From an uncultured Acidimicrobiaceae bacterium (GTDB lineage: Bacteria; Actinomycetota; Acidimicrobiia; Acidimicrobiales; RAAP-2): a stretch of DNA of 64,000 nt. The notes under the pieces were generated by a model. It was not told the DNA's origin. It saw nothing but the letters and a program-made list of their open reading frames with translations, and searched no databases. The position numbers and the translations under genes are program-made. Location of the stretch: contig CAVURD010000035.1 of assembly GCA_963743785.1 (NCBI GenBank), forward strand, positions 4,508 through 68,507. Direction: 5' to 3'. This document shows, piece after piece, positions 30,951 to 39,668 of this stretch (positions are counted from its first letter, which is position 1; every line of letters begins with the position of its first letter).

Positions 30951-31637
30951 CTAGAGCACATAGAACAGTACCCAGAAGAAGGTCGCCACCACGGCGATGA
31001 AGCCCCAGTAGTACGTACAGCCCTCCAGGTTGGCCCGGAACATGCGGGCCACCGGCAGGGTGGATTGGGCCGTACCGCCATCCTCTCGAAGGGCCCGGCG
31101 CAGGCGGGCCTGCCGGGCCAGCAGGGTCTCGAGCCAGTAGATGCCGGTCAAGATCAGCACGATGTTCAAGATGGCCCAGCCGATGAAGCACGAGGCGTAG
31201 CCGCTCGAACCCGGGAAGAAGGGCAGGTCGGTGAGCTGCCAGACCTGGAGCCCGACGGCCACCAGTCCGCCGAGCACGGACGTCCAGCCGGCTACCTCCC
31301 AGTCCAGCGACACCCCGGACCGGAAACGACGCAGGCCCTCGTACGCGAGCAAGGCGCTGGCCACCGTCACGGCGAAAATGGCGGCACCGGCCCCGGTGGG
31401 TGCCGTGATCCCGCCCGGCCGCCACAGGTTCTCGTTGTTGGCCGAGCGCAGGTAGAAGTACGCGAAGGCCAGGGCGGCGAAGGCGAAGGCCCAGATCCCG
31501 ATGACCAGCCGTCCCCCCGTCCACAGGGCCCCCTCCTGCGCCCGCAGTTCGAAGGCGATCTCTTCGGGCGTCTCGTTCAGGTGCAGGAAGCTCTCGGAGC
31601 GCTCCGGCCTCTTTTCGGGCATGGCCTCGGTACTCAC
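30951..31637 (-). CDS. ctaE: cytochrome c oxidase subunit III
   Basis: The 228-aa polytopic protein lies directly downstream of ctaD (ATGA-type overlap) and has a heme-copper oxidase subunit III-like helix pattern. Confidence 0.85.
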   Translation of the reverse strand: MSTEAMPEKRPERSESFLHLNETPEEIAFELRAQEGALWTGGRLVIGIWAFAFAALAFAYFYLRSANNENLWRPGGITAPTGAGAAIFAVTVASALLAYEGLRRFRSGVSLDWEVAGWTSVLGGLVAVGLQVWQLTDLPFFPGSSGYASCFIGWAILNIVLILTGIYWLETLLARQARLRRALREDGGTAQSTLPVARMFRANLEGCTYYWGFIAVVATFFWVLFYVL

Positions 31638-33643
31638 AGGATCGGGGGTCGCGGGTCGAGGTCGTCCCGGCCGCCAGGGGACAGGTCGTCGGGATCCACC
31701 GGTTCTGAGGAGACCTGGCCGGCGGCCACCAGCTCCCGGCCCAAATCGGCCACCGGTGGGGCGTCACGCTCGCCGTAGTGATAGGGGTCATCGAGCACGA
31801 CCGGGATCCGCTCGAAGTTGTACCAGGGGACCGGCGTCGCCGTCTGCCACTCCAGTCCCCGAGAGTGCCACGGGTTGTCGGGCGCCTTGCGCGGGTTGAT
31901 GTACACCGACCAGACGAAGTTGATGATGAACAAGAAGAACGACGCACCCAGGAAGAAGGCGCTGACCGAGGAGATGTCGTTCAGGGTCTGGAGGTTGTTG
32001 GCGTACTCGAACACTCGCCTGGGTTGGCCCAGCAACCCGACCAGGAAGAGCGGGAAGAACGTCAAATTGAAGAAGGCGAAGAACGTCCAGAAGTGGGCCA
32101 CGGCCAGCTTGCGGTTCATGGTCTTCCCCGTCATCTTGGGCAGCCAGTAGTAGAGGCCGCCGAAGAGGGCGAAGATCAGGCCCCCCATGATCGTGTAATG
32201 GAAGTGGGCCAGCACGAAGAAGCTCCCGTGCACCGTCACGTCGACCGGCACGTCGGACAGGAACACGCCGGTGATGCCGCCGATCAGGAAGTTGAACAGC
32301 ATGCCCAGGCAGAAGAGCATCGGCGGCTCGAATCTGATCTTCGCCTTCCACAGCGTCCCCAACGTCACCAGGAAGAGGAAACCGGTGGGGATGGATATCA
32401 GCTCGGTGGTGAGCATGAACAGCGGGCGCATGTCGGGGTTGATACCGCTCTGGAACAGGTGGTGCTGCCAGACGAAGAAGGACAGCAACGCCACGCCGAG
32501 CATGCCGGCCGCCGCCACCTTGTAGGCGAAGAGCGGCTTGCGGGTGAACACCGGCATGATCTCCATGACGATGCCGAAACCGGGCAACGCCATGATGTAC
32601 ACCTCGGGGTGGCCGAAGAACCAGAACATGTTCTGCCACAAGAAGTTGCTGCCGCCGTGCTCGTTGATGAAGAAGGCGGTCTCGGCCGTGCGGTCCAGCA
32701 CGCCGAACAGACCGGCCACCACCAGGGTGGGCGTGGCCAGGGTCAAGAGGGCGCACGTGGCCAGGATCGACCAGACGAAGATCGGCACACGGCTCCACGT
32801 CATGCCGGGCGCTCGATAATGGATGATGGTGGCGGCCAGGTTGAAGCCGGCGGCGATCATCCCGATCCCGATGACGGCGAATCCGACGAGATACGCGTCC
32901 ATTCCTCCCGCCGCCTGGGTCTGCAGGGGGGCGTAGCCGGTCCACCCGGTGGGGAATCCCCCCAGGGGGAGGGCGGTGAGTATGACGGCGTAGCCGGCCA
33001 TGAAGATCCAGAACGAAAAGGCCTCCACCCGGGGGAACGCCATGCGCCGGGAGCCGATCATGAGCGGCACCAGCCAGTTGCCCAGTGGTCCCACCACCGC
33101 CGAGGACGCCATCATCATCATGATGGTGCCGTGCTCGCTGACGATGGCGATGTAGGTGCCGGGCCCGAAGACGTGGTTGGTCGGGCTGAGCAACTCGGTG
33201 CGGATGGCCATGGCCAACAGGCCCCCGGTGAAGAGGAACAGCAGGACACCGACCGTGTATTGCAGGCCGACCACCTTGTGGTCGTCGGTCATGCGGAAGT
33301 AGCGCACCCAGGTCCGCTCGGGAATCGCCGGGGGCGGTTCCCGGCCGAGCATCTTGGTCACCGGGTAGTTCAGGGCGCCGATCCCGATCAACCACCCCAC
33401 CACGGCGAACGTCAGGGCCAGCACGGTGGCCACGTCGTTCTGCCCGCTGTTTTGGACGTTGGTGTAGCCGCTGGCCATGACGTTGCCCAGCCAGTGACCG
33501 AAGAGGTATCCGGCCACCCCGCCGACGATGGCCCAGCCCATATGCGGACGCAGCCATTCAGACCGGGTGCTGATGGGGTGCTGGCGGGTCGATTCTTCGC
33601 CGGGGTATTCGGCCGGCGGCTGCTCGGTGGTGTCGATCGCCAT
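31634..33643 (-). CDS. ctaD: cytochrome c oxidase subunit I, with an extra ~95-aa N-terminal two-helix extension
   Basis: DHKVVGLQYTVG..., WFFGHPEVYIMALPGFGIV and HFHYTIMGG are canonical subunit I motifs. The ORF starts about 95 aa before the canonical region and that stretch contains two further hydrophobic helices. Confidence 0.95.
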   Translation of the reverse strand: MAIDTTEQPPAEYPGEESTRQHPISTRSEWLRPHMGWAIVGGVAGYLFGHWLGNVMASGYTNVQNSGQNDVATVLALTFAVVGWLIGIGALNYPVTKMLGREPPPAIPERTWVRYFRMTDDHKVVGLQYTVGVLLFLFTGGLLAMAIRTELLSPTNHVFGPGTYIAIVSEHGTIMMMMASSAVVGPLGNWLVPLMIGSRRMAFPRVEAFSFWIFMAGYAVILTALPLGGFPTGWTGYAPLQTQAAGGMDAYLVGFAVIGIGMIAAGFNLAATIIHYRAPGMTWSRVPIFVWSILATCALLTLATPTLVVAGLFGVLDRTAETAFFINEHGGSNFLWQNMFWFFGHPEVYIMALPGFGIVMEIMPVFTRKPLFAYKVAAAGMLGVALLSFFVWQHHLFQSGINPDMRPLFMLTTELISIPTGFLFLVTLGTLWKAKIRFEPPMLFCLGMLFNFLIGGITGVFLSDVPVDVTVHGSFFVLAHFHYTIMGGLIFALFGGLYYWLPKMTGKTMNRKLAVAHFWTFFAFFNLTFFPLFLVGLLGQPRRVFEYANNLQTLNDISSVSAFFLGASFFLFIINFVWSVYINPRKAPDNPWHSRGLEWQTATPVPWYNFERIPVVLDDPYHYGERDAPPVADLGRELVAAGQVSSEPVDPDDLSPGGRDDLDPRPPIL

Positions 33644-33706
33644 GGTCAGTCGCCCTCTTCTCGTCGGACAAGGAAGGTCGGAATCGTGCGGTCGGTCATG
33701 GCCCTA

Positions 33707-34681
33707 TCACCCGTGCGGCGCCGGGACGGGCGGCGTGGCCCCGTAGGTCTGGACCTTCGAATAGGGGTCGACGTTGTCGGGATAGAACCCTCCGTCGGCG
33801 CCGTTGGCGTCGGGAATGTAGGTGTAGGAGAAGGGCGGGAGCAGCTTGGTGTTGGCCGCCAGACGGATCCGGGTCGCCAAGGCCCACTGCTGGAAAGCCG
33901 ACGGCGTGACAACGACGCCCGAGTTGTACATGGCACCGTGCCAGATGCCGCACAACTCCGAGCAGCGTACGATGAAGGTCCCCAATTGCGACGGGGTGGT
34001 GAAGGCCACGTTGTCCTGCGCCGGGTTGGCGTCGGCCTTGACGCCCAGTTGGTAGGCCCAGAAGCTGTGGATCACGTCGAGCGATGTCACGTGGAAGGCC
34101 ACGGTGGTGTTATCGGGGATCACCAGCTCGGTGGTCTCGAACCCGCCGTAGGTCGGGTAGCGGTAGGTGAACTTCCACTGCTGACCGATGACCTGAATCG
34201 GCAGCACCGTGTGGGACGTGGGCGTCCAGATCGGGCTGGGCCCCTGGCCGCCGCCGGCTCCCTCGGGCTGGACGAGCTGGTAGGTACCGAAGCCAGCCAG
34301 GAAGAGGACGATCACGGTGGTGGTCAGGATCCACCCGACCTGGATCGGCATATGGCCTCGAGCTGCCGGGCCCCCGACGGGCTCGGGCCCACCGCGTGAG
34401 GCCCGCCACATCACGATGGCGTAGATCATGAAGATCCAGACGCCCAGCATGACGGGCAGGGCGATGACGAACAGCACGTTGAAGTCGAACTGGGCCCCGC
34501 CGGCCGTCGAGGTCATCCGTCCCGGGGGGATGTGCGGCCCGGCGAAGATATAGAAGAGCGGGTCGAGGACGGCCGAGAGCACGACCCAAATGGCGATCAG
34601 GCGCCACCAGTGACTCGGCTGGGTCCCGGTGTCATCGGGTGCCGCACCTTCGGATGAGGTGGCCGGGCCGGTGTCGCTCAC
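33707..34681 (-). CDS. ctaC: cytochrome c oxidase subunit II (CuA, no cytochrome c domain)
   Basis: Two N-terminal TM helices are followed by a cupredoxin domain with VIHSFWAYQLGVKADANP...CSELCGIWHGAM (CuA ligands). The GTG start at 34681 overlaps the upstream stop. Confidence 0.9.
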   Translation of the reverse strand: MSDTGPATSSEGAAPDDTGTQPSHWWRLIAIWVVLSAVLDPLFYIFAGPHIPPGRMTSTAGGAQFDFNVLFVIALPVMLGVWIFMIYAIVMWRASRGGPEPVGGPAARGHMPIQVGWILTTTVIVLFLAGFGTYQLVQPEGAGGGQGPSPIWTPTSHTVLPIQVIGQQWKFTYRYPTYGGFETTELVIPDNTTVAFHVTSLDVIHSFWAYQLGVKADANPAQDNVAFTTPSQLGTFIVRCSELCGIWHGAMYNSGVVVTPSAFQQWALATRIRLAANTKLLPPFSYTYIPDANGADGGFYPDNVDPYSKVQTYGATPPVPAPHG

Positions 34682-35352
34682 GCCACCACCTTCATGAAGC
34701 CGTCCATGTAGCCGATGGTCTGCATGGGGCCGCCGTTGCCGTAGAAAAAGCCCAGGGCGCACGGCACGAAGCACTGCCAGGGGTACTGGCCCGGGCCCGG
34801 CGAGACGAACGAGAACCTGACCACCTGCACCGGTGACTTCGTGGTGCACGGCGCGGCGGCGCACAGGTTGGCGTTGGGGTTGTTGCCGAACAGGGGCACA
34901 TTGATGCCCAGGGTCGGTATGGAGAAGGTGTGGGCCACGCCGTTGCCGACGTTCGAGTTGATGAGACGGATCGGCTTGCCGTTGAGCAGGGCCACGTTCC
35001 CGAAGGTCCCGGCGACCTTGCCGATCTGCTGGTTGCGCAGCGGGCTCCCCGAGTCGTAGTTGTAGATCGTCACGTTCACTCGGGTGTGGGCCGGGACCTG
35101 CCACAGCGTGGTGTGGACCCATTGGCCCTCGGGCGTTCTGGTCAGGTAGGAGACCCATGTGGGGTGGTTGCCCGATCCGAAGGAGCCGACAGTCTGCATG
35201 GTCACGGCGACCGGCTGCCCGGACTGATGCCCGGCGGCGTAATCCACCGTCGGCGGCTCATTGGTCAGCGCGATGACGGTGAAGACGATGCCCACTACGG
35301 CGATGAGGAACAGCCCGATCGCTGTGGCCAACCTCCAAGGTCTCGACACCAA
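34678..35352 (-). CDS. membrane-anchored cupredoxin-like protein (subunit-II-like, degenerate metal site)
   Basis: N-terminal anchor WRLATAIGLFLIAVVGIVFTVIAL, then HTFSIPTLGINVP... and C-terminal WQCFVPCALGFFYGNGGPMQTIGYM. This gives CxxxC and Met but lacks the His of a CuA site. It is the first gene of the oxidase operon. Confidence 0.75.
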   Translation of the reverse strand: MVSRPWRLATAIGLFLIAVVGIVFTVIALTNEPPTVDYAAGHQSGQPVAVTMQTVGSFGSGNHPTWVSYLTRTPEGQWVHTTLWQVPAHTRVNVTIYNYDSGSPLRNQQIGKVAGTFGNVALLNGKPIRLINSNVGNGVAHTFSIPTLGINVPLFGNNPNANLCAAAPCTTKSPVQVVRFSFVSPGPGQYPWQCFVPCALGFFYGNGGPMQTIGYMDGFMKVVA

Positions 35353-35492
35353 GCCCCCGATCCCTACCGTCTCCGATGACCGTTCGACTGGGGGTGTCCT
35401 TCACTTGCGTGACCCTCGCTGCGAACTCCCCCCAGCGGGCACTCACAGCCAGTTCCCTGTTGCGACCGACCTTACGGCCGTGCGAGTCGGTC

Positions 35493-35543
35493 GTCAATCA
35501 TTTGTCAATCGGTGGTCAATCAGTCGACAATCAGCGTCAACCA
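35493..35543. promoter_or_regulatory. five direct repeats of GTCAATC(A) phased every 11 bp, upstream of the oxidase operon
   Basis: GTCAATCAttt GTCAATCggtg GTCAATCAgtc GaCAATCAgc GTCAACCA begin at 35493, 35504, 35515, 35526 and 35536. They lie 140-190 bp upstream of the start at 35352. Confidence 0.5.
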
Positions 35544-35604
35544 GTCGCCCATCATGTGTCTGTGACAACCCACGTTGAGTCGAAGGTCGCCGGCCCCATG
35601 CCAA

Positions 35605-36528
35605 TCAGCCCCTCCGCCCCGACTCCGCGGGCGCGGGCGCGCGCAATTGCTCAAGGGTGGGCGCAGGGTCGCGGTGGAACACTCGGTCGATGGCGGCCGA
35701 GAACCCGCCTTCGGCATCCATCCCCCGCTTGATGACGTACCCCAGGGCCGGAACGGCCCAGAAGTCCCCGCAGATCCACAGGATGGCCGCCCCGATCTGC
35801 TGATCGGCGAACGGGGACAGGGTCACGCCGGGGACGTGGGCGTAGACGGAGTACCAGCTCGTCGCGGTGAAGAGCGAGAGTGACATGGCGATGACGAACA
35901 TGACCATGTTGGTCCCGATGATGGCTCCCATCTGCCACAGCGGCGACTTCTTCAACTGGAACGGGTAGGAGGGGACAATGGTCAACCAGAAGAGGATGCC
36001 GGTGGCGAAGAAGCTGCCATGCTCCAGCCAAATGTGGATGGACTGATTGGTCTCGGCGGTGTCGAAGAGGAGGGGCACGTGCCAGAGCACCATGACCAGG
36101 TTGAACGACACCAGGGCCGTCCACGGGTTCACGACGAATCGACCAACGCGCCGCAGCGGACGTGACCAGCGCCCGAGCAAGAGGGCCCGACCGGCCCGAC
36201 GGCGCACCCCGACGGGAAACCCGTGCAGCAGCGGCAGCCACGGTGCCCCGAGCACGATCAGCGCGGGGGCCAAGAAGGCGATCAGGACGTGCTCGCACAT
36301 GTGCACGAAGAAATAGCTGCTGGCCCAGTAGTCGATGGGCGACATGATGGCGATCAGCACCATGCTCAGCCCGGCGTAGAAGAGGTAGGAACGGTGGCGA
36401 CGCTGAAGGGTCCGTGTCGACTCCGACCGGCGCCGCAGGTTGGCCAGGCCCATCTCGTGCAGCACCACCACGGCGGCTACGACGATGGCGGACGGATCGA
36501 AGCTCCAGTTGTCGACGACGTAGTTCAC
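35605..36528 (-). CDS. cytochrome c oxidase assembly protein, CtaG (Caa3_CtaG) family, copy 2
   Basis: The 307-aa polytopic protein carries MSPIDYWASSYFFVHMCEHVLIAFLAPALIVLGAPW, LWHVPLLFD and QQIGAAILWICGDFW. Confidence 0.85.
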   Translation of the reverse strand: MNYVVDNWSFDPSAIVVAAVVVLHEMGLANLRRRSESTRTLQRRHRSYLFYAGLSMVLIAIMSPIDYWASSYFFVHMCEHVLIAFLAPALIVLGAPWLPLLHGFPVGVRRRAGRALLLGRWSRPLRRVGRFVVNPWTALVSFNLVMVLWHVPLLFDTAETNQSIHIWLEHGSFFATGILFWLTIVPSYPFQLKKSPLWQMGAIIGTNMVMFVIAMSLSLFTATSWYSVYAHVPGVTLSPFADQQIGAAILWICGDFWAVPALGYVIKRGMDAEGGFSAAIDRVFHRDPAPTLEQLRAPAPAESGRRG

Positions 36529-36585
36529 GGCGCGCCATGACCTCCGCTCATGAGGGCACGGACCACAGTAGGGCGCCGGTGTGCA

Positions 36586-37796
36586 CTATGACGACCCGTA
36601 CGCGATGGGGACGTTCATGCTCTGGGCCAGTGCCCACGTGGATTGGTGCGGGGCCACCGTGAAGATGCGAAGACGGCTCCCGTTCACGCTGAAGGCGTCG
36701 ACGCTGCCGTCACCGAGGAGCGCCAGCGTCACCGTGCCGGCGGGCGGGGACGCCAGGGCGGTCCAGCCGAGGCCGGGACCACTCGCCACTTCCAACTCAC
36801 CGTTGGTGCCCGGCTTGCTCAGGAGTACCAATTGCTCGCCGTTCAGCCCGACAGCGGTGGCCAGCATCCGTTGGGTGGGACCCACGGAGAGCGGCGGCGA
36901 GTCCGACCATGCCCCGCCGGGCGGGCGCCAGAGGCCGAGCAGATCGGAGCGGCCGGCCACGGTAGCGGCCACCAGAGCGGTGCTGGTGGACCCCGATGCG
37001 TCGAGCCGGAGGACGCGGGTGCTGCTCCCGGCCAACGCGCCGGCCAGGGTCGGCCCGATCAGCCGCCATCCGGTGCCGTCCCGGGCGAACACCCCGACCT
37101 GACCCGGACGGCTACACCCGGTACCCACCATGGGCGTGGCCGACGGACCGAAGGCGACGGCATCGAGGCCCTCGACCTCGCACTCCGAGGCGGCAGGACC
37201 GGTCAGGCTCCCGCTTCCCGAGAGCGGAGCCCAACGGAGCAACGACCCGCTGCTGGCCAGAACCTGACCGGTGCCGTGACGTGTCAGCGCCAGGGCTGGT
37301 CCCGAGCGGCCGGCCACGGCCACCGCATCGGGAGCGGCGACCAGGGAGGCGGGCACCAGGGCCGGGGTCCAGCTCGAGCCTTCGTCGTCGCTCCGGGCCA
37401 ACGGCGAGTAGTGCAGGAGCTGACTCGGTTCGAAACCCGCGGTGACAAAACCGTCCGAGGCAGCGGTCAATGTCAGGCCCCCGTTGTCGGCCACGCCGGT
37501 CGGTGTGACAAGCGTCCACGACGCCGCGTCGGACGCCCGGAAGAAGATCTGCCAGAACGTGTTCAGAGGTACTCCGCGCTGGCCCATGGCCACCACGGCC
37601 CACGACCCCGATGCCGTGGTCAGGGCCGCGGCCAGGGGGCGCGCACAGCTGGGGGGACCGAGGTGGCGGCCTCGGCGACGCGAGGTGCGAGGGCGGCGCC
37701 GATGACGCCGGCAAACGCGATCTGGCCGACGACCGCCACCGTTTTCACCAGCGCACGGAGACGCCGTCGTCGACCGCTCACGCGTCGACCGCTCAC
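36586..37796 (-). pseudogene. secreted BNR/Asp-box repeat beta-propeller protein (Ycf48/sialidase-like), frame break in a G6 run at ~37651-37656
   Basis: Repeated SxDxGxxW-like motifs occur (SDDEGSSWTP, ARDGTGWRL, PPGGAWSDS, GPGLGWTAL). The signal-anchor VSGRR(V SGRR)RRLRALVKTVAVVGQIAFAGVIGAALAPRVAEAA is in a different frame from the body of the protein. Confidence 0.65.
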
Positions 37797-37826
37797 GTCG
37801 TCGACCGCTCACGCGTTGTCGACCGC
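37769..37826. repeat. 3.7 tandem copies of a 13-nt unit (GTCGACCGCTCAC on +, GTGAGCGGTCGAC on -) at a gene junction
   Basis: Copies lie at 37769-37781, 37784-37796 and 37800-37812, with a partial copy at 37818-37826 (periods 15, 16 and 18 nt). Confidence 0.8.
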
Positions 37827-39668
37827 GCTGATGCGGGCGAGGAGGAGGGATGAGAACGAGGACGACTGCGGGCCCCCGGTACCCGGGTCGTCTTCCATCT
37901 CCGCCCGCTCGTGCCCCCGGTCATCGATCACGAAGGCCAGGTCGCTGTGGGCGATCATCGCTCCGGCGCCCGCCGTCTCGACCAGGACGCCGTAGGAATT
38001 CCAGACGCGGCGCAGCTGGCTCAGTGACCCGGTCAGGTAGAGCCAGTTGCCCATGTGGTCGAGTCCCTCCTGGCGATCGAACGCGTTGGTGAATGAGATG
38101 GACCGGTAAATGGGATTGGCCACGATGGCGACGAAATCGACCTTGGAGCTCCGGCTCCCCAGACGTTCATCGGCCTGACGGAACTCCTGCGCGATCAGTG
38201 GGCAGTCCGAGGTGCAGACCGGGTCGAGGAAAGTCAGGGCGATGGTGTGGCCCCGCAGACCGGACAGGCTCACCGGAGCGCCGCGTTGATTGGTCAGGGT
38301 GAAAGGGGGTGCGGGCGTATCGACGATGTTCGGCGTCCCGTTCAGTGCCTGCGAGATGATCGGGTCGGCGTTGGGGTTGGTCGCCGCCAGGGCCATCGGC
38401 GCGGTGCCGACCAGCACCACAACCACCGCGCCCAGGGCGCCGAACATCCGCAGCAGGTAGCCGGGGGTGACCCATTCCCACCAACGTCGGCGTTCGGGCG
38501 CGGCCGCTGACGACCACGCTTCGCCGGGCGCCGCTTCGTTGATCGGCACCGGGAACCTCACCGGGAGCCTCACCATGGCGACGTAGCCGGCGACCAGGAC
38601 GAGCGCGGTCGGCACCATGCTGTTGGGGTCGGTGCCGTTTCCACCGAGGACTCCCAGGTCCTCCACCAGGACCCAGTCGGCCAGGCAGAACACAACGGCC
38701 GCGATCACGGCCGGCAGCACCACACGACGCCGGCCGGTACAGAGGGCGACGCCGACACCACCCATGAAGATCACGACCAGCAAGTTGACGGCCCATCCGT
38801 GGGCCGTATCGAACCGCCCGAAGGAAGACACCCACGAGGCGAGAAATCCCGGCTGCGGCGTCTGGGCCATCTGGGCCACCATGCCGGCCAGGGTGCCCAC
38901 GTGGTTCGTCGCCGACAGGCGCCCCTGCCAGAAGCCACGTCCCGGCCACGCCTGGAGGACCGCCATGGCGATGAAGAAGACCCCGGAGGCCGCCAGCACG
39001 ATGCGGCCGGTGCGGGGGGTGGCCCACCTCCGGTCGGGCAGGGCCACGAGAACGCCTGCCACGCAGTAGATCAACACGGCGCCTGGTGCACCGAAGAGCC
39101 AGGTGAGGCCGGGGGCGAAGATCCCACCGAAGGCCTCGCCGAAGACCCAGACGACCAATCCCCACCCGACACTGGCCAGGCCCCCGAATCGGGACCAGAG
39201 GCCCCGGGGGGCCACGAGGAGCCACAGCCCCAACCCGATCTGGATCCAGACGCTAGCGGCGGCCGCCTGCACGGGATGCAGCGACCAGATGTTGACCCCG
39301 CTGGTGACGATGTGCTGGACCCAGGCCGGTGACGAACTGGCGGTCGGCTGGATCACGCTCGTCGGGAGGCCCAGCGGCATGGAGGATTGCAATTGCAAGA
39401 AGCCGTCGACGACCCACAGCACACCGAAGCCGACCCGCAGGATCCGGCGGGCCGGAGGTTCGGCATGATCCCACCGCGGCCGACTGGGAAAGGTGGTAGT
39501 GCCGGCCGCCGTCAGCCGGCGGTACTGGACCGTGCGGATGACATTGAAGGCGATCGCCAACACCGCCGCAACGACCAGGACGAGCAACAGCTGGTGGAAA
39601 AGAGCGGTGTGGAAGGCCGAATCGACCGTGGAGTTGCTCGACTGGAGCCCGCGGCCCATGCCGGGCAT
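37809..39668 (-). CDS. large polytopic membrane domain (unknown function) fused to a C-terminal SCO1/SenC copper-chaperone domain
   Basis: In the 619-aa ORF, roughly the first 430 aa contain many TM helices with no motif I recognise. The C-terminal domain has HTIALTFLDPVCTSDCP (CxxxCP) and AHSDLAFVIDDRGHER, the Sco His motif. Confidence 0.8.
   Translation of the reverse strand: MPGMGRGLQSSNSTVDSAFHTALFHQLLLVLVVAAVLAIAFNVIRTVQYRRLTAAGTTTFPSRPRWDHAEPPARRILRVGFGVLWVVDGFLQLQSSMPLGLPTSVIQPTASSSPAWVQHIVTSGVNIWSLHPVQAAAASVWIQIGLGLWLLVAPRGLWSRFGGLASVGWGLVVWVFGEAFGGIFAPGLTWLFGAPGAVLIYCVAGVLVALPDRRWATPRTGRIVLAASGVFFIAMAVLQAWPGRGFWQGRLSATNHVGTLAGMVAQMAQTPQPGFLASWVSSFGRFDTAHGWAVNLLVVIFMGGVGVALCTGRRRVVLPAVIAAVVFCLADWVLVEDLGVLGGNGTDPNSMVPTALVLVAGYVAMVRLPVRFPVPINEAAPGEAWSSAAAPERRRWWEWVTPGYLLRMFGALGAVVVVLVGTAPMALAATNPNADPIISQALNGTPNIVDTPAPPFTLTNQRGAPVSLSGLRGHTIALTFLDPVCTSDCPLIAQEFRQADERLGSRSSKVDFVAIVANPIYRSISFTNAFDRQEGLDHMGNWLYLTGSLSQLRRVWNSYGVLVETAGAGAMIAHSDLAFVIDDRGHERAEMEDDPGTGGPQSSSFSSLLLARISAVDNA

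Noticed and set aside
31778-34399. Very long ORFs antisense to strong genes. Examples are 31778..34399 + (873 aa), 1582..2835 +, 9999..11381 +, 15777..17231 -, 43791..44747 +, 52751..54049 +, 55440..57050 +, 59774..60922 - and 62242..63753 +.
   Set aside because: Their translations are Arg/Gly/Pro/His/Asp-rich low-complexity strings with no family motifs. Each lies opposite a gene with clear homology-type signatures such as ctaD/ctaC, the Liv permease or the sulfotransferase. These are the usual stop-free shadow frames of high-GC DNA.
37769-37826. CRISPR-like arrays. I checked the short tandem or direct repeats at 37769-37826, 46455-46494, 54506-54553, 44571-44602 and 35493-35543.
   Set aside because: The units are 7-24 nt with 0-6 nt spacers, far too short and too few for CRISPR repeats and spacers. 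No cas genes are present.
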